Shown here: piece after piece, positions 28,662 to 37,390 of the stretch
Position numbering within the stretch: the first letter of the stretch is position 1
How the letters are laid out: each line of letters starts with the position of its first letter
NCBI GenBank assembly: GCA_041657425.1
Contig: JBBABY010000001.1
Coordinates: forward strand, 85,510-149,509
Direction: 5' to 3'
Source of the DNA: an archaeon
Lineage (GTDB): Archaea > Iainarchaeota > Iainarchaeia > Iainarchaeales > CSSED10-239
DNA length: 64,000 bases
The notes under the pieces: model-generated
Told to the model about the DNA's origin: nothing
The model's input: only the letters and a program-made list of their open reading frames with translations
Databases searched by the model: none
Translations under genes and position numbers: made by a program

Positions 28662-30851
28662 ATGAATATTGAAAAAGCAAAACTTACTGTTAGAGAAGCA
28701 GATATATCTGATGTTGGTAAGGATATTGTTAAGATTGATCCAATTGTCTTTGATAAACTTAAACTCACTACTGGAGACACAATTAAAATTAGTAGTATCA
28801 AACAAGACAAATCTGTGCTTGCTTATGCAGTTAAAGGAAAAGTTACAGATACTGGGATTAACACCATTAAGATGGATGGCAATTTAAGATTCAATTCTAA
28901 TTCTAAGATTGATGATGAAGTGTATATAGAAAAAATAGATTGTTTAGTTGCTCAAAGCATAACTCTTGCACCACCAATTGAAATACCTGATCTTAAAAGA
29001 AATGATATCGGAAGTTATATTCACGACAGAATAATAAACAAAAATGTACTAGAAGGAAATGTTATTGTTATTAGAGGAATAAAAATATTTGTTAATGAAG
29101 AATCGAGAGATCTTTCTTTAACAGTTACAAAAACTTTACCAAAAGGCCCAGTAAAGATTACTCCAGTAACTAAATTAATAATTTCAGAAAAACCAATTGA
29201 AACAAGTAAATACGGAATTACTTATGATGATATTGGGGGTTTAAAAAAAGAAATAGAAAGCATTAGAGAAATGGTTGAATTACCAATCAGAAGACCAGAG
29301 GTTTTTAAGAAACTTGGAATTACTGCTCCTAAAGGAATACTTCTTTACGGGCCTCCAGGAACTGGAAAAACATTACTTGCTAAAGCAGTTGCTTCAGAAA
29401 CAGACTCTCATTTTACAATAATTAATGGACCAGAAATTGTTAGTGGAGTTTATGGAAAATCAGAAGAAAATTTAAGAAATATATTTGAAGAAGCAGGAAA
29501 GCAAGAAAGCGCAATTATTTTTATTGATGAAATTGATTCAATTGCTCCAAGAAGAGAAAACATCCATGGGGAAACAGAAAAAAGAATTGTTGCTCAGTTA
29601 CTTACATTAATGGATGGATTAAAATCGAGAGGTAATGTCGTTGTTATTGGAGCGACAAATATCCCTGAAGCAGTTGATCCAGCTCTTAGAAGACCAGGAA
29701 GATTTGATAGAGAGATTGAAATTGGAATACCAACAAAAGACTCTAGAAAAGAAATATTTATGGTGCACACCAGAGGTATGCCATTAACTGATGACATCAA
29801 GATTGATGAATTACTTGAACTTACAAACGGATTCTCTGGAGCGGACATTTCTGCACTATGTAGAGAAGCTGCAATTAAAGCACTTAAAAGATTAATGCCA
29901 AGAATTAATAAAGAAGCAGGAAATGAATTATCCAAAGAGATAATGGACGCTTTAGTTATAACAAGACAAGATTTCTTAGATGCACTTAATATTGTTGAAC
30001 CATCCGCTATTAGAGAAATAATGGTAACAATACCAAATACCAAATGGGCAGATGTTGGCGGACTAGAAGAAACAAAACAACAATTAAAAGAAATGATTGA
30101 ATGGCCAATGAAACATAAAGAACTTTTTGAAAAAGTAGGAATTACTGCCCCTCGTGGAGTATTACTATATGGGCCTCCAGGAACTGGAAAAACCCTTCTT
30201 GCTAAAGCAATAGCTACAGAAACTAATGCAAACTTTATTTCAATCAAAGGCCCTGAAGTTTTTAATAAATGGGTTGGAGAATCTGAAAAAAAAATAAGAG
30301 ACATATTCAAAAAAGCAAGACAACTTGCACCAAGTATTGTTTTTATAGACGAAATTGATTCAATTACAAGTAATAGAAGTGGACTTGGAACCAACGATTC
30401 AAAAAATAACGTAATTGCTCAATTACTATCGGAAATTGATGGGGTATCAAATCTTAAAGATATTATTATTATTGGAGCAACCAATAGACCAGATTTAATT
30501 GACCCTGCATTTCTTAGACCAGGAAGATTTGAAAAACTTTTGTTAGTCCCATTACCTGATGAAAAAACCAGAGAAAAAATATTTGAAGTATATATTGGTA
30601 AAATGCAAGTAGATAAAAAAATAGATGTTAAAGAATTCGCTAAAACTACTGATGGATTCTCTGGAGCAGAGATTGAAGCAGTTTGTAGAGAAGCAGGACT
30701 TTCAAGGATTAGAGAGATTGTAGAAGAAACAGAAAAAGGAAAGAAAATTGAAAGTAAGCCTGTGGTTACAAAAGAAGCATTTACTAAAGCAATTGAAAAA
30801 TATAAAGTAAAAAACGAAAACAAAGAAGAAAAAGATTATTCAATTAGATAA
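28662..30851 (+). CDS. cdc48: CDC48/VCP-like AAA+ ATPase
   Basis: N-domain (LTVREADISDVGKDIVKIDP) plus two AAA modules, each with GPPGTGKTLLAKA and IIFIDEIDS / IVFIDEIDS. ATG at 28662 chosen over the upstream TTG. Confidence 0.93.
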   Translation: MNIEKAKLTVREADISDVGKDIVKIDPIVFDKLKLTTGDTIKISSIKQDKSVLAYAVKGKVTDTGINTIKMDGNLRFNSNSKIDDEVYIEKIDCLVAQSITLAPPIEIPDLKRNDIGSYIHDRIINKNVLEGNVIVIRGIKIFVNEESRDLSLTVTKTLPKGPVKITPVTKLIISEKPIETSKYGITYDDIGGLKKEIESIREMVELPIRRPEVFKKLGITAPKGILLYGPPGTGKTLLAKAVASETDSHFTIINGPEIVSGVYGKSEENLRNIFEEAGKQESAIIFIDEIDSIAPRRENIHGETEKRIVAQLLTLMDGLKSRGNVVVIGATNIPEAVDPALRRPGRFDREIEIGIPTKDSRKEIFMVHTRGMPLTDDIKIDELLELTNGFSGADISALCREAAIKALKRLMPRINKEAGNELSKEIMDALVITRQDFLDALNIVEPSAIREIMVTIPNTKWADVGGLEETKQQLKEMIEWPMKHKELFEKVGITAPRGVLLYGPPGTGKTLLAKAIATETNANFISIKGPEVFNKWVGESEKKIRDIFKKARQLAPSIVFIDEIDSITSNRSGLGTNDSKNNVIAQLLSEIDGVSNLKDIIIIGATNRPDLIDPAFLRPGRFEKLLLVPLPDEKTREKIFEVYIGKMQVDKKIDVKEFAKTTDGFSGAEIEAVCREAGLSRIREIVEETEKGKKIESKPVVTKEAFTKAIEKYKVKNENKEEKDYSIR

Positions 30852-31136
30852 TTATTTTTCGTATTTTTCTTTTAAATATGCGCCCAGTCTTATTATTTGT
30901 TTCTTCTTCTTTTCAATTAGTTTATCTCTGTAAGTTCTGCCTTTTGTAAGTAGTCCCATCTTAATAAGTTTTTCTTCACTTGCTTTTAATTTAGATAATT
31001 TGCCAACTTTGATATATTTATCTAATTCAGATCTCACTATAAAATTAAAATAATTATCCACTTCAGATTTATGTTTTTCTAATAATTGTTTTGCAACGAC
31101 TGTTCTTTTTGCTGGCCTTTTTAATATAGTGGGCAT
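30852..31136 (-). CDS. Small basic hypothetical protein (last gene of the nrd operon)
   Basis: 94 aa, Lys/Arg-rich, no recognisable motif. Starts 1 nt after the preceding gene. Confidence 0.4.
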   Translation of the reverse strand: MPTILKRPAKRTVVAKQLLEKHKSEVDNYFNFIVRSELDKYIKVGKLSKLKASEEKLIKMGLLTKGRTYRDKLIEKKKKQIIRLGAYLKEKYEK

Positions 31137-31137
31137 T

Positions 31138-31422
31138 TTATAATGTTTTTCTTTTATTTAAACTTCTTCTTACCATGTCTTCCCATCTTTTTCCAAGAAG
31201 TGTTGGCTTAAAGATCTTATAGATGAATAATTCTTGAAGAATCAAAGATATTGACCAACCTGTAAGTAATACCGTTATTGTGTATTTTTGGAATGTTGGG
31301 ACCTGAAAGATTATGTTAAGTATTATAAACAATAATAAGATTACAAAAAAGAGAAACAGCTGCTCATAAAATGGTTTTAACTCTAGTATTCTTTTTTCTA
31401 TTATTTCTTCTTCTGGTGTCAT
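31138..31422 (-). CDS. Small two-TM membrane protein (2TM-domain-like)
   Basis: Two hydrophobic helices (LFLFFVILLLFIILNIIF, VLLTGWSISLILQELFIY) with a basic C-terminus. Confidence 0.45.
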   Translation of the reverse strand: MTPEEEIIEKRILELKPFYEQLFLFFVILLLFIILNIIFQVPTFQKYTITVLLTGWSISLILQELFIYKIFKPTLLGKRWEDMVRRSLNKRKTL

Positions 31423-31447
31423 AATTGTTTCCTCTAATCTACTGCAA

Positions 31448-33487
31448 CTACAAACTCTTTAATCCTTTTCTATCTTCGGTATTGAATTCTTTTTGATGCC
31501 CATTTAGTTTCTCTGGAAGGAAAAGAGAATTTCCTATCTTATGACTTTCTATAATGAGGCTTTTTATTTCTTGCGCCGAGATATCTTCTGACAGATATAT
31601 TTTAGTATTTACTGTTCCATCAATATTTTTTGCAAATGCTGCTTGTAATCTTATTAAGAATAATGGTTCTATATGCTTTGCTTTTGGGAATCTCTTTTTA
31701 ATATCTTCTGGCACTGCAGATTCTACTTCTTCTTCAGACCAGTTTAGATTTAAATCAGAAACTAATAATGACAAATCTTTATTTATTTTATCTGACTTAT
31801 ATCCATTTACCCAAGATATTTGTTTATAATTCATCATTGGTTTTATTCCGTTACTGCATTCATTAGCTACAGAATAAAAATCTGAAGAGATTATAGAAAA
31901 AGTTGTTGAATTTCTAAGGCCATATTTCTTAATATTATTTCTAAGCTCTATCCAATCAATTGTAGGCATATTTTTTATTAATTTTTTAGAAATATCCATA
32001 TCATTAGAAAACAATGTTTTTTGAACAGGCGTTTTTTCAAAATTAAAGTTTGGAAGTTCATATTTACTTTTTATATATTTTAAAAATGGGCCCTTTGTTT
32101 TTGAAAGTTCTGTGGATTTAAGTTTTGAATAAAATCCTATGAAATCAGATAAAGAATCTGCAAAACAGATTGCATCATCGCTATTATAAGGGATATTTAA
32201 TTTTGAAAGAAGTGTTGCAAAACCAGTAATGGATAAATAAATCTGTCTAGATTCTTTTGCTTTCTGAGTATATTCTTCATTTATGTGTTTAGATAAATCT
32301 ATGGAATTATCTAAAAATTCTATTGCGTCCCAAGTGATTGATTTTAATCTCTGCCAATCAAATGTTTTAGAATTTGCTGTTGCATTAACTAATTTAGAAA
32401 CATCAATTACTCCACTAACAAAGGTATTATCTTCAAGAACGGGCTGATAGCCAACAGAAGATATTGCGTATTGATCATAATTAGTAAATGGATTTTTTTT
32501 ATTTATTGTGTCTATAAATATCAAATCAATTTTCTCTCCAGCGACTATTTTTGAAGAAACTAAATCAAATATTGTAGAAGGGCATATTTTTCTTATTTGC
32601 TCATCAACTGAATAATCTTGATTATTTATATAGTTTTCAATAAATCTATCAGGGATTAATATTGCAAAATTTTCTGAATCCTTAGATAGCCCGTTATTAA
32701 TAAATGAAATAATATCTGGATGCTCTATAGAAATATAAAATAAGTTATTGGAGGTATTTGTATTATACCCTATCATTGATTTTGCAGAAATAAATAAATC
32801 TGCGATTTTTAAAGGTCCGCATGCTTTCTTATTAATTGACTTTACTTTCTCCTTTTCTGATCTCACATTAGAAAGATTTACAGATACAGAAGAACCATAT
32901 TTTTGAACTTTACTTGAAAGTGCTAAATCATCAAATATACTTTCTAAAGTGTCCTTAATTTTAAAATTATATCCTGAAGATATTTGCTGATTAAGAGCAA
33001 TTTCTCGTAAAATTGTAGAACTTGGGTAAAAATATCCTTCTCTAATATAATCAAATATTTTTTTATTTAATTTTTCAGATTGGTTATTTTGTAATTTATT
33101 AATTTGCGTATTTATTGCTATTAATTTTGAAGAGGCACTGTCTGCATCTTCTATATTTAATATGTTTTTTAAAATTCTATCTTTCAATTCAGAATCGATT
33201 AATGATTGATCAGGTTTACTTTTTTTTAAAATATAAGACTGAAGTAATTCTGTTTGTGCTTCTTTAAGTAATGTATCTTTAATTATGCCCTCATAGTTTT
33301 CAAAAGATATTGATTCGGAGTGTTTTGCATTAACTTTATCAATTATTAAAAACGCTAATTTTTCTGCAAGATTTAAATTTGGTTCGCCAATATTGCACAT
33401 CGTTTCAAATAACATTATTGTGGTTTTTTCTTTTGAGAGTTCTTCTTTTTCTCCAGATTTATGCAAAATAGTGTTTACAAAAGTCAT
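31448..33487 (-). CDS. Ribonucleotide reductase class II-like alpha-chain paralog with N-terminal ATP-cone; the catalytic cysteines appear substituted (probable pseudoenzyme)
   Basis: ATP-cone-like N-terminus (ILHKSGEKEELSKEK...YEGIIKDTLLKEAQTELLQSYILKK). RNR barrel homology: YGSSVSVNLSNVRS, ISIEHPDIISFINN, SRQIYLSITGFATLLSKLNIPYNSDDA, RNSTTFSIISSDFYSVANECSNGIKP. The finger-loop region reads SSVGYQPVLEDNTFVSGVIDV where class II enzymes have [21 protein letters not shown]. Confidence 0.65.
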   Translation of the reverse strand: MTFVNTILHKSGEKEELSKEKTTIMLFETMCNIGEPNLNLAEKLAFLIIDKVNAKHSESISFENYEGIIKDTLLKEAQTELLQSYILKKSKPDQSLIDSELKDRILKNILNIEDADSASSKLIAINTQINKLQNNQSEKLNKKIFDYIREGYFYPSSTILREIALNQQISSGYNFKIKDTLESIFDDLALSSKVQKYGSSVSVNLSNVRSEKEKVKSINKKACGPLKIADLFISAKSMIGYNTNTSNNLFYISIEHPDIISFINNGLSKDSENFAILIPDRFIENYINNQDYSVDEQIRKICPSTIFDLVSSKIVAGEKIDLIFIDTINKKNPFTNYDQYAISSVGYQPVLEDNTFVSGVIDVSKLVNATANSKTFDWQRLKSITWDAIEFLDNSIDLSKHINEEYTQKAKESRQIYLSITGFATLLSKLNIPYNSDDAICFADSLSDFIGFYSKLKSTELSKTKGPFLKYIKSKYELPNFNFEKTPVQKTLFSNDMDISKKLIKNMPTIDWIELRNNIKKYGLRNSTTFSIISSDFYSVANECSNGIKPMMNYKQISWVNGYKSDKINKDLSLLVSDLNLNWSEEEVESAVPEDIKKRFPKAKHIEPLFLIRLQAAFAKNIDGTVNTKIYLSEDISAQEIKSLIIESHKIGNSLFLPEKLNGHQKEFNTEDRKGLKSL

Positions 33488-33506
33488 ATCTAATCTTCTC
33501 CAAATA

Positions 33507-34166
33507 TTATCTTAACGTATACCTTTTATCCTCTTTTGATAACTCTCTAAATATTGTCGTTGGTAAATTATATTTTTTTATGGTATTCTTATTCACGAAA
33601 TCTTGGACGAACACAAGTTGTCCTTTTGTAGATTCTAACATTTTATTAAAACTATCAAATGTTAACTCTGGATGTGTTGTAACTCTAAGTTCGCATGGGA
33701 TCAATGATTGTTTTAATAATTCTAATGATTTTTTTATATTTTCTATCGGAACTTTTGTATATTTTGCATAATTGTCAAAACTATCCTTTAAGTCCATAGC
33801 AATATAATCTACTAATCTCTCTGCGATTACTTTTTTCAAAATTTCTGGATTTGATCCATTAGTATCTAATTTTACTAAATACCCTTTTGCTTTTATCTCT
33901 TTTATAAAATCTATTAATTCCTGCCCATAGATCGTTGGTTCCCCACCACTTAAAACTACAGCATCAATTAGTCCTTTTCTATTATCCAAGAAATAATAAA
34001 TTTCTTGAATATCTAGTTCTTTTTCGTATAATTCTTTTAATACTAATTGTTTATTGTAACAAAAACCGCAATTGAAATTACATCCTTTAAAAAATATAAT
34101 GCACGCAATTTTATTTGGATAATCAATAGTACTAAATTTCTCAATGGCGCCAATTTTTAATGTCAT
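33507..34166 (-). CDS. nrdG: Anaerobic ribonucleoside-triphosphate reductase activating protein (radical SAM)
   Basis: FFKGCNFNCGFCYN (CxxxCxxC), VVLSGGEPT. 219 aa, immediately downstream of the nrdD parts. Confidence 0.88.
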   Translation of the reverse strand: MTLKIGAIEKFSTIDYPNKIACIIFFKGCNFNCGFCYNKQLVLKELYEKELDIQEIYYFLDNRKGLIDAVVLSGGEPTIYGQELIDFIKEIKAKGYLVKLDTNGSNPEILKKVIAERLVDYIAMDLKDSFDNYAKYTKVPIENIKKSLELLKQSLIPCELRVTTHPELTFDSFNKMLESTKGQLVFVQDFVNKNTIKKYNLPTTIFRELSKEDKRYTLR

Positions 34167-34178
34167 TTTATTATCACA

Positions 34179-34322
34179 TTATTTTTCAGGAACATTAAAC
34201 AATTTTCTATCCTTATATTCTGCTTGCTTTCCGTAATTCCAAGCATCAACTCTTCTAACGTATCCCACAACCCTAGAATATATTTCACATTTTTGTCTTT
34301 TACATTCAGTTTCTTCGCTCAT
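34179..34322 (-). CDS. Stand-alone glycyl-radical domain of class III RNR (47 aa; not in the ORF track)
   Basis: Hand translation gives MSEETECKRQKCEIYSRVVGYVRRVDAWNYGKQAEYKDRKLFNVPEK*. It contains the RVxGY glycyl-radical motif and the WNxGKxxExxxR tail that normally end NrdD. The ATG is 21 nt after the nrdD stop, in a different frame, and is preceded by AAGGGGGT. Confidence 0.75.
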   Translation of the reverse strand: MSEETECKRQKCEIYSRVVGYVRRVDAWNYGKQAEYKDRKLFNVPEK

Positions 34323-34331
34323 TTTATTTAA

Positions 34332-34339
34332 ACCCCCTT
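34332..34339 (-). promoter_or_regulatory. Shine-Dalgarno-like AAGGGGGT, 9 nt upstream of the ATG of the glycyl-radical mini-ORF
   Basis: Read on the minus strand between the nrdD stop (34343..34345) and the ATG at 34322. Confidence 0.45.
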
Positions 34340-34342
34340 GTT

Positions 34343-37327
34343 TTATTCTTTAATATAACCTATTTCTGTATCACATTTTGGACAATACTCGTGCTCTCCA
34401 AATAGATATCCGTGTTTTGGACAAATAGAGAAAGTAGGAGTAAACGTAAAATATGGCAATTTATATTTGTTTGTTATTTTTTGAATTAATGATTTGATTG
34501 CTTCTTTAGATGGTTTCTTTTCTCCAATAAAGAAATGTATTACTGTGCCGCCGGTATATTTACATTGTAAATCATCTTGTAATTCTAATATTTCAAAAAT
34601 ATCAGATGTATAATTTACAGGTATTTGAGTTGAATTTGTATAATATGGTTGTGCTCCATCATTTTGAAAATTATTTTCATTTGCAACAATAATAGAAGGA
34701 AATTTCTTTTTATCATGGCTTGCAAATCTATAAGTTGTGCCTTCTCCAGGTGTTGCTTCTAAATTATATAAAGCCCCTGTATCTTCTTGATATTTCTGTA
34801 TCTTCTCTCTCATAAAATCCATAACTTTATTTGCAAATGCCGTTCCTTTAGGTGTGTAAATTTCCTCTCCTAAAAAATTAAGACAAGACTCATTCATTCC
34901 AAGTAAACCAATTGTCGAAAAATGATTCTTCCAATAACTTCCAAATCTATCTTTAATTGTTTTAAGATTATATTTAGAATAAGGGTATAATCCATCATCC
35001 GTATATTTTTCTACAATCTTTCTTTTGATATCTAATGATTTTCTTGAAAGATCCATTAAATGTCCTAAAGTTTCAAAATATTCTTCTTCAGTTTTTGTAA
35101 GATAACCTATTTGAGCAAGATTAATTGTTACAACACCAATTGAACCAGTCAAAGGATTTGATCCAAATAAACCTCCTCCTCTTTTCTGTAATTCTCTATT
35201 ATCAAGCCTCAATCTACAACACATGCTTCTGGCATCTTCTGGTTTCATATCAGAATTAACAAAATTTGCAAAGTAAGGCGTTCCATATTTTATTGTTAAA
35301 TCAATTAATTTATCTGCTAATGGACTATTCCATTCAAATTCTTTAGTAACATTTATGGTAGGTATTGGGAAAGAAAACATATTACCACCAGCATCTCCTT
35401 CTAACAACACATCGAGAAGTGCCATATTGAATATATCCATTTCTTTTGTAAATTCTCCATAGGTTTTATCTTGAGGCTTACCTCCAATTATTACTGGTTG
35501 ATCTTTAAGGGTTGAAGGAATTGTTAGATCAAGAGTAATATTACTAAATGGAGTATTTCCTGTGATAAATACTTTCCCATTTCTTTTAGCAATTACGGTT
35601 TCGTTATCTGTATTTGGACACCAAATTATTCCATTATAATCTACTTCTTTTATTTCTGTTATAGTTGTATCTTTGTGCTGTATTATTCTTAGAACAAATA
35701 TTGGTTTTTTACCTATTGTTGGTTTTCTTACTAAAGTTGTAAATCCATATCCTGCTAAGACGCACATATGCTGTAAACCATAGAGAATATCCACAGAAGT
35801 TGTAGAAATTTTAAATTCGTCGGTTCCATCTCCTTTATTGTATGTTTCTAAAAATAATCTTGCTTGTTTTTCATTAGCAGAAAATAATTCTACAGGTATA
35901 AATTTAATATTACTTTCGTCACTAAACCAAGAATGAACTAATCTCGAACTTGCTGCGTTTAACTTCAGATGATTAACAGGCAAACCTAAACCAACGTGCT
36001 TACTTTCAGAAAATTTTAATTTAAAATAATTCAATAGATCTTTTATTTCTTTATATTCTTTATTATTTTTTATTTCTGATTGATATAACTTTATATTCCT
36101 TGAATTTCTGTGCTTATGATAAGGTTGCTCTGAACTGCCTTCTGCAATAACCCACGCAACTAATTTAATTTTCTCTTCGTTCCAACTTATGCCTTTATTA
36201 TTGTTATTTCCTGCAATTGGAATAATGATTGGAGACTTCATTTTTTTTATATTCTCAACTTCTTCTAAAATGAATTTTTCTCCAACATTAAATAATTTTC
36301 TAACCATTCTATGTTTTGGAGAAATTAATTGATCCTGTATTCTATTTCTTACATTATACATTTTTCCTGAATATTCTCTTACAAATAGTTTCTTAATTGG
36401 CAAATCTTCTAGTTTTCCTGTTTTTATATTAAATGTTTTAATTATATTTCCAACTTTTAAATCCTGATGAGTTTGCCAACCATCTTCTGTTAATATTTCA
36501 GTATCTTCTGACATACATTGATAACCAACTCTAGTTGGTACATTCATATTGTAAATAAATTTTTCCAAATCTGCTTTTACTCTTGCATAATCTAGTTTAT
36601 CATAATAGATAAAGGGTGCAAGAAGTGTATCGAAATTACTAAATGCTTGAGCACCTGCAGCCTCTCCTTGTAAAGTATAAATAAAATTAACAATCTGACC
36701 TAGTGCTGTATCAAAATGTTTAGCTGGAGAGCATACAATTTTTCCTGGGCCTCCTCTAAAACCATTTTGTAAAACTGCCTGAAGATCCCAACCCACACAA
36801 TATGGACCAAGAGTACAAAGATCATGTATATGTAATTGTCTTTTTTCATGCGCCTCTTTTATTTCTGTAGGATATATTTTCTTTACCCAATAATCTGATA
36901 TTACTTTTGTAGATAGATAATTATTTAGACCTTGTAAAGAATAATCCATATTACTATTCTCTTTAACCTGCCAATCTGAAATATTAATATAACTTTCAAC
37001 CGCATTCGTACTATCTATTAAACTTGATATTTGTCTTATATCATCGTGTTGCTTTCTATAAATTACATAAGCTTTAACTAATTTTGTTAATCCTTCTTTT
37101 ATTAAAACATCTTCAACTATATCTTGAATATTATTTACGGTTGGCAATTTGTTATTTTCAAAATATTCTTGATTAATTGCATTATCTATTTTCTTAGTTA
37201 AATAATCTGCTAAATCTATATCTGGATTATCAATTGCATCTAATGCCTTTAAAATCGCCAATTTAATTTTATATATATTATAATCAATCTTCTCTTCTTT
37301 TCTATTAATTATTTGTTTTGCGTGCAT
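34343..37327 (-). CDS. nrdD: Anaerobic (class III) ribonucleoside-triphosphate reductase large fragment; contains an intein and lacks the glycyl-radical tail
   Basis: ATP-cone N-terminus. NrdD core motifs ARSMCCRLRLD, GGGLFGSNPLTGSIGVVTINL, and the Zn site CPKHGY..CPKCD at the end. The protein stops after TEIGYIKE, before any RVxGY motif. Confidence 0.9.
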   Translation of the reverse strand: MHAKQIINRKEEKIDYNIYKIKLAILKALDAIDNPDIDLADYLTKKIDNAINQEYFENNKLPTVNNIQDIVEDVLIKEGLTKLVKAYVIYRKQHDDIRQISSLIDSTNAVESYINISDWQVKENSNMDYSLQGLNNYLSTKVISDYWVKKIYPTEIKEAHEKRQLHIHDLCTLGPYCVGWDLQAVLQNGFRGGPGKIVCSPAKHFDTALGQIVNFIYTLQGEAAGAQAFSNFDTLLAPFIYYDKLDYARVKADLEKFIYNMNVPTRVGYQCMSEDTEILTEDGWQTHQDLKVGNIIKTFNIKTGKLEDLPIKKLFVREYSGKMYNVRNRIQDQLISPKHRMVRKLFNVGEKFILEEVENIKKMKSPIIIPIAGNNNNKGISWNEEKIKLVAWVIAEGSSEQPYHKHRNSRNIKLYQSEIKNNKEYKEIKDLLNYFKLKFSESKHVGLGLPVNHLKLNAASSRLVHSWFSDESNIKFIPVELFSANEKQARLFLETYNKGDGTDEFKISTTSVDILYGLQHMCVLAGYGFTTLVRKPTIGKKPIFVLRIIQHKDTTITEIKEVDYNGIIWCPNTDNETVIAKRNGKVFITGNTPFSNITLDLTIPSTLKDQPVIIGGKPQDKTYGEFTKEMDIFNMALLDVLLEGDAGGNMFSFPIPTINVTKEFEWNSPLADKLIDLTIKYGTPYFANFVNSDMKPEDARSMCCRLRLDNRELQKRGGGLFGSNPLTGSIGVVTINLAQIGYLTKTEEEYFETLGHLMDLSRKSLDIKRKIVEKYTDDGLYPYSKYNLKTIKDRFGSYWKNHFSTIGLLGMNESCLNFLGEEIYTPKGTAFANKVMDFMREKIQKYQEDTGALYNLEATPGEGTTYRFASHDKKKFPSIIVANENNFQNDGAQPYYTNSTQIPVNYTSDIFEILELQDDLQCKYTGGTVIHFFIGEKKPSKEAIKSLIQKITNKYKLPYFTFTPTFSICPKHGYLFGEHEYCPKCDTEIGYIKE
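35555..36517 (-). mobile_element. Intein (321 aa) with LAGLIDADG homing-endonuclease domain inside nrdD
   Basis: Extein junctions are NVPTRVGYQ / C...FITGN / TPFSNITLD. N-terminal Cys (block A CMSEDTEILTEDG), block B-like ISPKHRM, two LAGLIDADG motifs (KLVAWVIAEGSS, LFLETYNKGDGT), C-terminal Asn followed by Thr+1. Codon positions were checked on the DNA (tgt at 36515..36517, aat at 35555..35557 on the complement). Confidence 0.85.
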
Positions 37328-37390
37328 AGTTATCAGATTTAATTATAATTTAAAAAAAGTATAGAAGAGTAGTTCATTGGGTTTATAAAG

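Noticed and set aside
29594-30394. 266-aa and 134-aa (30419..30823) minus-strand ORFs inside cdc48. Similar shadow ORFs lie inside polD (1817..2188, 2510..2884), dnaK (9300..9608, 10145..10519), the pilus ATPase (20592..21080) and elp3 (52688..53056).
   Set aside because: All are antisense to strongly conserved genes. Their Ser/Leu/Ile-rich compositions are typical of shadow frames in AT-rich DNA, and they have no motifs.
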